Part shown: positions 55,994 through 64,000 of the stretch, in pieces
How the letters are laid out: every line of letters begins with the position of its first letter
Numbering within the stretch: the stretch's first letter is position 1
Translations under genes and position numbers: made by a program
Origin: Coraliomargarita sp.
GTDB lineage: Bacteria; Verrucomicrobiota; Verrucomicrobiia; Opitutales; Coraliomargaritaceae
Direction: 5' to 3'
DNA length: 64,000 nucleotides
NCBI GenBank assembly: GCA_965216325.1
Contig: OZ244160.1
Span: 2,400,001-2,464,000, forward strand
Notes under the pieces: generated by a model
Told to the model about the DNA's origin: nothing
What the model saw: the letters and a program-made list of their open reading frames with translations, nothing else
The model's database searches: none

Positions 55994-56037
55994 ACTGGGT
56001 GTGCTGATAAAGGCCAAACCTCAGTCAAAACGGTGTT

Positions 56038-56111
56038 AGCTACAAAAAACACCATAAAGGTGTCGCTACGGTATCACGCAGCTTAGCTGTGCTTTTGTGT
56101 CTTTTTGTGGC
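56038..56111. repeat. Degenerate inverted repeat AGCTACAAAAAACAC / GTGTCTTTTTGTGGC
   Basis: Imperfect inverted arms downstream of ccsA. Confidence 0.4.
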
Positions 56112-56117
56112 GATCAA

Positions 56118-58043
56118 CTACGCGTCCGGCGTCGGTTCGACGTTCTGAGCAGCCACCAAGACACGCTTACGTTCGTTGTGATGCTTGGACTTGCCGAACG
56201 GGCTGCGCCAGATGCTATACGGTAGATTCGCAAGTAAAATAAAGATCACTTGGCTGCCGACGAAGATCATCAGCCACATAAAGCCGCTATCGGTGAAACC
56301 ATAACTGTGGAGGCCGACACCGAGTAGGTTGGTGCCAAACCAAGACCAGGCCGTGACAATGTTACCGCAGATCGCCAGACTCATCAGACCTCGCTCCTTG
56401 AGCACGCCGCCCCAGCGTGCGTGCAGGAAGATTGCGGTCATCAGCACGATCATGAGTGCGCCATTTTCCTTCGGATCCCAGCCCCAGAAGCGCCCCCAGC
56501 TTTGGTCGCCCCAGATGCCACCAAGGATGGTGCCGACCAGACTGAACAAGGCAGCGAAGCAGGTGATGCCGTAAACCATTGACCCAACTGCTCTGGCGTT
56601 CTCTTTGCTAAACTTGCTCGAGAGTAGGCCTAGGAGCACAAAGATGATTGCCAATGCCCCGGCGAAGAACATCGCCGAGTAGCCGAAGGTGATCACGGTC
56701 ACGTGGGTCGCGAGCCAGAAATTCGAGTCGAGCACCGCACGCATCATTTCTAGTGTGTCGCCACTCATGGATAGATGGTGTGCGATGATGAGGGTGCAGA
56801 AACCCACCAGTGAAGCCATGCCCGCACCGATGCCGTTCTTGAAGAAGGTTTCCAGAATGATGCCGAGGAGCACCGAGCCCCAGCCAACGAAGACCGCCGA
56901 GGAATAGAGGTTGGTGACGAAGACGCCGTAGCGATCCTGAATATACATGCGCGAGATCAGCGCGAAGGTATGTAGCAAGAAACTGGATACAAGGATGACG
57001 AGGGCGGCCTTGCTCAATTCCTGAGGCCAGCGCAGCCATGAGATGCAGACGATAAAAAATACCAAGACGTAGAGCTGCATAGTCAACGAGTAGAGTTGCA
57101 TGCCGTTGATGGTGTATTCGAAATGTACGCGGTCTACGGACTCCGGGAACTCGGCTTTGAAGCGCTCGCGCATTTCGCTCACAGTTTGGTTGAACATCTC
57201 GGCATCGCCGTTGCGGTAGGCCATGGTTAGCGATGCGTAATTCATCACGTAGGGGCTCATGCCCTTGCCCTGCATCGCATCGAGTAGCTCAAGGCCGACG
57301 TTCTTCCAGTCGGCCATGTGGTCCGCGGGCGGAACGGGTGGGATCACACGTAGGTGTGCGGTGCTGGAAAGACGCATGTAGTCTTCGCCAAAGTCGATAA
57401 AGGCGCGCAGCAGTTCGGCATCGTAGTCTTCGCCGGTTTGTTGCTTACGCAGTGCATCCAGTCCAGGGCCGATCATGCCAGTGTAGGTCGCATATTCGTC
57501 GACCAGCTTATCGAGGCGCGCGCCATCACCGATTGGGTGTAGCGAGTGCATGACACGGTTGTAAAGGTTGAGGCCGTTGTAGAGTTTGGCGAGCTGCTGC
57601 TCATAGGGCTGGCGCTGTTTTGGCTCGGGATTGATCTTCTCGAACAAGCTCTGGATCTCCGCGAAGTGTGGGCTGAGATCATTGAAGGAGTAGTGGCGTT
57701 GGCCCTCCTGTGCGAGGCCTTCGATGCCCAAGTCATCTGGAAACTCGATTTTGAATACGCGGTAGGTGTCGGCCAGTTCCGGCTTGAAGCTCAGATCCAT
57801 GAACCACTCCAGTGGTGAGAGCGTCACGCCCTCGGGGGTCTTGACCTTCTGTTGCTTGGCGAGCACCAGCAGGGTGTTGCGTGCAATCGCATCGATCGGT
57901 TTGATGCGTCCGCCCTCTTGCACCGACAATTCGCCAAAGGCATCGATGTCGAATTCGGTCTCGTTGGTCGATGGACGGAAGTGGCGCCCAAGCACCATCA
58001 GAACGAGCAAGGCGATAACACTGTAGATAATCGTCTTTTTCAT
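56118..58043 (-). CDS. ccsA: System II cytochrome c biogenesis protein CcsA/ResC (long form)
   Basis: VTNLYSS, NFWLATHV, WWD domain GGIWGDQSWGRFWGWDPKEN, GLHSYG. Confidence 0.9.
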   Translation of the reverse strand: MKKTIIYSVIALLVLMVLGRHFRPSTNETEFDIDAFGELSVQEGGRIKPIDAIARNTLLVLAKQQKVKTPEGVTLSPLEWFMDLSFKPELADTYRVFKIEFPDDLGIEGLAQEGQRHYSFNDLSPHFAEIQSLFEKINPEPKQRQPYEQQLAKLYNGLNLYNRVMHSLHPIGDGARLDKLVDEYATYTGMIGPGLDALRKQQTGEDYDAELLRAFIDFGEDYMRLSSTAHLRVIPPVPPADHMADWKNVGLELLDAMQGKGMSPYVMNYASLTMAYRNGDAEMFNQTVSEMRERFKAEFPESVDRVHFEYTINGMQLYSLTMQLYVLVFFIVCISWLRWPQELSKAALVILVSSFLLHTFALISRMYIQDRYGVFVTNLYSSAVFVGWGSVLLGIILETFFKNGIGAGMASLVGFCTLIIAHHLSMSGDTLEMMRAVLDSNFWLATHVTVITFGYSAMFFAGALAIIFVLLGLLSSKFSKENARAVGSMVYGITCFAALFSLVGTILGGIWGDQSWGRFWGWDPKENGALMIVLMTAIFLHARWGGVLKERGLMSLAICGNIVTAWSWFGTNLLGVGLHSYGFTDSGFMWLMIFVGSQVIFILLANLPYSIWRSPFGKSKHHNERKRVLVAAQNVEPTPDA

Positions 58044-58045
58044 GA

Positions 58046-59188
58046 CTAGCGACGGCGCTTGCCGAGGAATTTAACAAAGTGGAAGAGGAACTGGTAAGTC
58101 ATGCCGAAGCCCATCAATGCGACACTAATGTAAGGCAGGATCCAACCCGGGTTACGCACGACTTGCAGGATCGTGGTGAGTTCGTCTTGCGAGAACGAAG
58201 CTTGGTAGAAGGTGAGTCCCGCGTAGCGCAGCGGGTGATTCATATAGATGAGTGCCTTCTGTGAAGTCTCTGAATCGTGCGGGTGCACAATGACTTCACT
58301 GGAGAAGTTAAAGGGGATCTCAGTGCCCGGATACTTGTCGTGCTTGAAGTCGATTAGCTCGATATCGAATGGCTTGTAGTGCCGCTTAAAGCGAAGCGCG
58401 AATTCCCAGGACTGTTCACCGACGCTGACGATCTGTGGCGGGAAGCGATCGTCGATAATGTTGGAGACCAGCCAGACCCCGAGGCTGCCGTCGGGGCCGA
58501 GCACTTCGACATAGGCGGTCGCTGCATTGACGCTCTTGTCCGAGTAGTCGACCGGTGCAGGTGTTACCGAGGCATTCATGCGCAGCGCAAAGCCTTGGGT
58601 TGCGGGATTCTTAAAGGCTTCCGTTTCTTGGCCGAGAAGTGCGTTCGGGTAGTAAGTCACTGTGCGGATGCTCAGTGGGGTGTCGGGCACCTTCAGTTCT
58701 TTGCCTGGCTTGAGGAGTTCGACCGGAATACTGTGCACCGTGTCGTGTTCCGCGTGGCTGCGATCGATGAAGACCAGCTCGTTGTCGCGGTAGCTTTGAG
58801 AGTAGTTGATGCGCGTGCCCTCATCGATGTTCATGTTGCTCTCGACTGAGAGGATGTCGGTCATCAGCTCGCTCACCAGCAAGGTGATGAAACCAATGTG
58901 CACGAAATAGATACCCGCTTTGGCCACGCTGGGCTTAAAGCGGACGATAAAGGCGGAGCAGAGGTTGATCATCAACAGCCCGCCCAGTGTGTAGCCACCG
59001 GGGAAGTAGGGGATCTTGAGACCACCCACTTCAGCATAAATGAAGAAGCTCTCGAAATAGAGCTTTTGCGTGAGCCAAATGCCGGTTTTGACCTGCGCGA
59101 GCGTGCCGATGAAAATCAGCACCATCGAAAATGCCAATAGCCACACAGTGATGTGTAGCGAAGAAAGGCGCTTGAGCAGTGGTTTCAT
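58046..59188 (-). CDS. ResB/Ccs1-like cytochrome c biogenesis protein
   Basis: FIGTLAQ, GIYFVHIG, NFSSEV, MNHPLRYAGLTFYQAS, VVRNPG. Confidence 0.85.
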   Translation of the reverse strand: MKPLLKRLSSLHITVWLLAFSMVLIFIGTLAQVKTGIWLTQKLYFESFFIYAEVGGLKIPYFPGGYTLGGLLMINLCSAFIVRFKPSVAKAGIYFVHIGFITLLVSELMTDILSVESNMNIDEGTRINYSQSYRDNELVFIDRSHAEHDTVHSIPVELLKPGKELKVPDTPLSIRTVTYYPNALLGQETEAFKNPATQGFALRMNASVTPAPVDYSDKSVNAATAYVEVLGPDGSLGVWLVSNIIDDRFPPQIVSVGEQSWEFALRFKRHYKPFDIELIDFKHDKYPGTEIPFNFSSEVIVHPHDSETSQKALIYMNHPLRYAGLTFYQASFSQDELTTILQVVRNPGWILPYISVALMGFGMTYQFLFHFVKFLGKRRR

Positions 59189-59197
59189 GAATAAGGG

Positions 59198-59848
59198 CTA
59201 GTGGTGGCTGTCTTCAATCGCCACTGAATCGAGGAAGACCTTAAAGGCGGCTTCCTGTTCCGTAATCGTTGCGGCTGGGCCAGTCATTTTGAAGAACCAG
59301 GTGTCGCCGTGAAAGGGGAGAATGCCGCCGAGGATGCTGCGCTCTGGACCCGGCAAGCTGACGTAGAGGCCGCCGTGGCCGGAAATGTTGGCCGGCGCGG
59401 TGACCTCTGGGAGTTGCGCTTCGGTGATGGCGTCCATGCCGATTTGCCCAGCCCAGCGATTGATGTTGGCCAATAGCCCGCCGACATCGCCCGGAAAGGT
59501 GAGCGCAGTGATCTCGGTGGTGCCATGCTCGTCTTCGACACGGAGGTTGGCCTTACGCATGCCGGTGGCTCCCGCGTCGGTCCAGCCTTCGGGGATGCTG
59601 TAAGTCAGGCCAGGAGCCGCTGCAGCCGCCTCTGCCATGCCCGGTAGCATTTGCATGTTACCCGCAGCTGACCCGGAGCCCGCAATCGGGGGATGGTCCG
59701 CTGGCATCTGCGTTGCCTTGGTGACCTGCTCTTCCTTGGGAATCGTATAGGTCACGGGCTCAGCTTTCTCACAGGCTGCAAAGAGGACTGCGCTCGCGCC
59801 GAGAGCGGCACGGAGGCAGTTGGAATACAAGACGGTGTGTCGTTTCAT
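59198..59848 (-). CDS. Hypothetical lipoprotein in the cytochrome c maturation operon
   Basis: Lipobox LFAAC; MPADHPPI; GGLLANINRWAGQIG; TWFFKMTG. Confidence 0.75.
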   Translation of the reverse strand: MKRHTVLYSNCLRAALGASAVLFAACEKAEPVTYTIPKEEQVTKATQMPADHPPIAGSGSAAGNMQMLPGMAEAAAAAPGLTYSIPEGWTDAGATGMRKANLRVEDEHGTTEITALTFPGDVGGLLANINRWAGQIGMDAITEAQLPEVTAPANISGHGGLYVSLPGPERSILGGILPFHGDTWFFKMTGPAATITEQEAAFKVFLDSVAIEDSHH

Positions 59849-59914
59849 GGTAGGACGAAAAATTGGCTGTTTAGCACGTATCAGGCCGATTGCCCAAAAC
59901 ATACATTCAGCGCA

Positions 59915-61024
<1,110 letters not shown>

Positions 61025-61154
61025 AAGAAAATGGAGTTGCGGGGCGCGGGTGCAATGTTAAACCGAGGCCTTGCAACGCTAAACGAGATACCCTAGGTTG
61101 ACTTTCTATGGGCAGCCATTTTAACACTGGCTGAACCTAACGAACCGCTAGCAC

Positions 61155-62303
61155 GTGAATACGACTGAAGAAGTAAATATCGAGGGCTCCAGAATCCTTG
61201 TCGTCGACGACGATGAAATCATTCGCAAGCTCTTGCGTCGTGTCCTCGAGCGCAGCGGGTTTGTGGTCGATGAGGCCGCATCGGGCGAACAGGCGATTGA
61301 CTGTATCGAAGCCAATGCGCCGGATCTGATCCTGCTTGATGTCGTGATGGACGGTATCGACGGCTTTATCACCTGCCGCAAAGTCAAATCGATGGACGGC
61401 ATGGATGCGGTGCCGATTATATTCGTAACTGGGCGCTCGGATACCAGTTCGATCGTAGAGGGCTTGGATGCCGGTGGCAGTGACTATATCACCAAGCCGA
61501 TCAATCGCCACGAGTCACTGGCGCGGATCCGCAATCACCTGAAGATGCGCAAGCTGATGGCCCTGCAGCGCAATTTCATCACAGGCCTACGCAAGGCAAA
61601 CCTCGCGAAGAACCGGATTATCGGTGTCGCCTCGCACGATTTGCGCAATCCGCTCTCGTCGATCCGTGGATTGTCCGAGTTCTTAGAACACGCCGGGCCG
61701 CTGAATGCGGAGCAGCAGGAGATCGCTAAGACAATACAGTTGGCATCCGATTCGATGTTGCACCTGGTCGATGAGCTACTGGATCTCTCCGTGATCGAGA
61801 GTTGCGAGGAACGCTCGGAGCTACAGCCCTGCCAGATCTTCGATATCGTCAGCTCCTCACTGAATATTTATCAATACGCGGCCAACAAAAAGGACATCAG
61901 GCTAGAGCTCGATGACCGCGGCATGCCGGACTTGCTCTTGCTGGATAAGATGCAGTTTCGTCGCTTGATGGACAATCTACTCAGCAATGCGGTGAAGTAT
62001 TCGCCGCTTGGTTCTTTTGTAAAAGTGGTTTGTGTAACTGAGGGAGCCCGCTTGAGCATTGTTGTTGAAGATGAGGGCCCCGGCATTCCTGAAGAGGAGA
62101 TGCACAAGCTCTTTACTGACTTTGGTAAGACCTCCGTGCAGCCGACTGGCGACGAGACCAGCACGGGGCTCGGTTTGTCGATTTGTAAGAAGATCGCCGA
62201 TGCGCACTTTGGTGAGATTTCGGTCGAGAATCGAAGCGACCGCTCCGGTGCGCGCTTTACGCTGGCACTCGATGTCGAGCGACTCGCGGTTTACACGAAG
62301 TAA
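61155..62303 (+). CDS. Hybrid response regulator / histidine kinase (REC-HisKA-HATPase)
   Basis: ILVVDDD, LLDVVM, DYITKP; ASHDLRNPL; NLLSNAVKYS; DEGPGI; GLGLSI. Confidence 0.93.
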   Translation: MNTTEEVNIEGSRILVVDDDEIIRKLLRRVLERSGFVVDEAASGEQAIDCIEANAPDLILLDVVMDGIDGFITCRKVKSMDGMDAVPIIFVTGRSDTSSIVEGLDAGGSDYITKPINRHESLARIRNHLKMRKLMALQRNFITGLRKANLAKNRIIGVASHDLRNPLSSIRGLSEFLEHAGPLNAEQQEIAKTIQLASDSMLHLVDELLDLSVIESCEERSELQPCQIFDIVSSSLNIYQYAANKKDIRLELDDRGMPDLLLLDKMQFRRLMDNLLSNAVKYSPLGSFVKVVCVTEGARLSIVVEDEGPGIPEEEMHKLFTDFGKTSVQPTGDETSTGLGLSICKKIADAHFGEISVENRSDRSGARFTLALDVERLAVYTK

Positions 62304-62465
62304 GCAAAGTAGAAGCGGCCGCTTGCCCTGAGTTTATCGAAGGGCACGATGCCGTGATCAGTATTGGCTATCGGGAGCGGCGTTCTGCAAGCAGAAGCCC
62401 TACGGCTTAATCCGCGTCCTTAAATGAGTGACATCCTCATAAGATGCCGCTTCTACTTTCTGAAA

Positions 62466-63920
62466 ATGAGTCAGCCTACCCAGAACAAAACTGCCCACGC
62501 GAACGCGCTGCGCGCACTCAAACGCAAACTCCCCGGTCGTGTTTCCACACAACAGGACGACTTGTTTCGAGTTTCTCTGGATAATCTACGCCTGTCCTTT
62601 CTTCCCGAAGCCGTGGTCACTGCACACGAGCCGGCTGATGTCGGTGCGATGCTCAAGATCGCAAATAAGTATGGGGTGCCGGTCACCGCCCGTGGCGCAG
62701 GTTCCTCGGCGACGGGTTCGGCAGTGCCATTGTTTGGCGGCTGGGTGATTGATCTGTCCAAACTTACGTCGATTCAGATCGATCCCGTTGCACGTATGGC
62801 AACGGTGGGTGCAGGAGTGGTCACTGCGAACTTACAGGCCAAGGTCGAAGCGAAGGGGCTGTTCTTTCCACCCGATCCCTCGTCGAAGAAATACTCTACA
62901 ATCGGTGGCAACATTGCTTGTAACGCGGGTGGTATGCGCTGTGTGAAATACGGCGTAACGCGTGACTATGTGCTGGGCCTCGAAGGCTTCCTCGCGGATG
63001 GCAGCCCGGTCAAGTGGGGCCTGCCGCTGAAGAAATATGTGTCCGGCTTGAATTTGAAAGACCTGTGGATCGGCTCGGAAGGCACACTGGGGATCGTCAC
63101 TTCGGCGAATCTGCGCCTCATCGCCAAACCGGAAAAGCGCTGGACGGGCATGTTCGCGTTTAAGAATGAGAACGCTGCGCTGAAGGCCGTGGTCGGCTTG
63201 CTGAAGTCTGGCCTCGAACCCTCCATTTTAGAATTTCTCGACCGCCAGTCAGTTACCTGTGCGGAATCCTACACTGGCAAAGAGATCTTCCCCGGCTACT
63301 CGAGCTCCGCGATTCTTTTGATCGAAGTCGATGGCACACCGGCGGAAGTGCGCACTCAACGCAAGGAGCTCCTGAGCTTTATGGACGAGCGTGCAATCGC
63401 GCACCGCGAAGCGCGCACCGATGAGCAGGCCGAGAAACTCTGGCAGGTGCGTCGCACTTGTTCGCAGTCGATGTTCTCGATTGCCGATACCAAGCTGAAC
63501 GAAGACGTCGTGGTGCCGATCCAGAAGCAGGCCGAGCTTATGCGCTACACCTTGCAGTTGAAGAAGGAAGTCGGGCTGGCGACGCCGACCTTCGGCCACG
63601 CGGGTGATGGCAACTTACACGTGCATATCATGTATAACCGTGCGAATAAGGCAGAAGCCAAACGCGCCAAGGCGGGCATTACCAAGCTGATGCAAAAAGT
63701 GGTCGATCTCGGTGGTGTTATCACCGGTGAGCACGGCATTGGGCTTGCCAAGATTCCGTTCATGCAGATGCAGCACAATAAGGCGGAGATCGCGGCCATG
63801 AGGGCCGTCAAAGCCGCGCTGGACCCGAAGGGCATTTTGAATCCCGGCAAAATCTTTGACGACTTCGAAGTCTGGGACCACGAGCCCGTCAAAGTTGAAC
63901 TCCCTTGGGACCACCGCTAA
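62466..63920 (+). CDS. FAD-linked oxidoreductase, GlcD/D-lactate dehydrogenase family
   Basis: VTARGAGS, PPDPSS, STIGGNIACNAGG, GSEGTLG, FGHAGDGNLH, GEHGIG, LNPGK. Confidence 0.92.
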   Translation: MSQPTQNKTAHANALRALKRKLPGRVSTQQDDLFRVSLDNLRLSFLPEAVVTAHEPADVGAMLKIANKYGVPVTARGAGSSATGSAVPLFGGWVIDLSKLTSIQIDPVARMATVGAGVVTANLQAKVEAKGLFFPPDPSSKKYSTIGGNIACNAGGMRCVKYGVTRDYVLGLEGFLADGSPVKWGLPLKKYVSGLNLKDLWIGSEGTLGIVTSANLRLIAKPEKRWTGMFAFKNENAALKAVVGLLKSGLEPSILEFLDRQSVTCAESYTGKEIFPGYSSSAILLIEVDGTPAEVRTQRKELLSFMDERAIAHREARTDEQAEKLWQVRRTCSQSMFSIADTKLNEDVVVPIQKQAELMRYTLQLKKEVGLATPTFGHAGDGNLHVHIMYNRANKAEAKRAKAGITKLMQKVVDLGGVITGEHGIGLAKIPFMQMQHNKAEIAAMRAVKAALDPKGILNPGKIFDDFEVWDHEPVKVELPWDHR

Positions 63921-63935
63921 GCCGTAGGCTGAGCC

Positions 63936-64000
63936 CTCTTAATCGTAATCCTGCTCCTAATCTTAATCTCACCTGCGAGTCCTTGAATGAATAAGGATTA
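63936..64000. repeat. Hexamer tandem array (same family as 34475-34573), cut by the window end
   Basis: CTCTTAATCGTAATCCTGCTCCTAATCTTAATCTC ... GGATTA. Confidence 0.7.

Noticed and set aside
62396..63930. AGCC-GTA-GG hairpins in inverted orientation on each side of the glcD-like gene as element ends
   Set aside because: Only about 10 nt long and such mini-hairpins recur in this window; no duplication or mobility gene.

Overview
Chromosomal window, most likely from a marine Verrucomicrobiota (Opitutia, Coraliomargarita/Lentimonas-like). This is an inference from the PEP-CTERM proteins, the Verru_Chthon-cassette-A-like protein and the discoidin-domain sensor kinase. Positions 1-25.5 kb form an accessory glycan-processing cluster: four esterases, GH63-like and GH36 glycosidases, two PEP-CTERM proteins and a NarL-type two-component system. 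Its promoters share a palindromic box, ATCGCAC-N4-GTGCGAT, found five times, always 21-22 nt from a -10 hexamer. Positions 25.5-32 kb hold a putative ADP-ribosyltransferase plus small partner, lysS and two divergent PIN-type toxin-antitoxin pairs. The rest is mainly housekeeping: pnp, rpsO, an AddA-like helicase, trxA, scpA, lptD, glgB, nrfHA (CxxCH type), cobA-hemD, hemC, ilvNC, tRNA-Val, tRNA-Ser, parA, xerC, cytochrome c maturation genes and ychF. The most notable signals are non-coding: (i) a truncated IS110 recombinase with a readable bridge-RNA-like leader whose guides match its own left-end junction; (ii) two 148-nt tRNA-Ser 3'-end repeats built from GNA-triloop hairpins; (iii) a RAYT transposase and several REP/REPIN families, one inserted in frame in the helicase; (iv) a ~24-nt mini-element nested inside REPs. 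All calls are from reading the sequence; no searches or folding programs were run.
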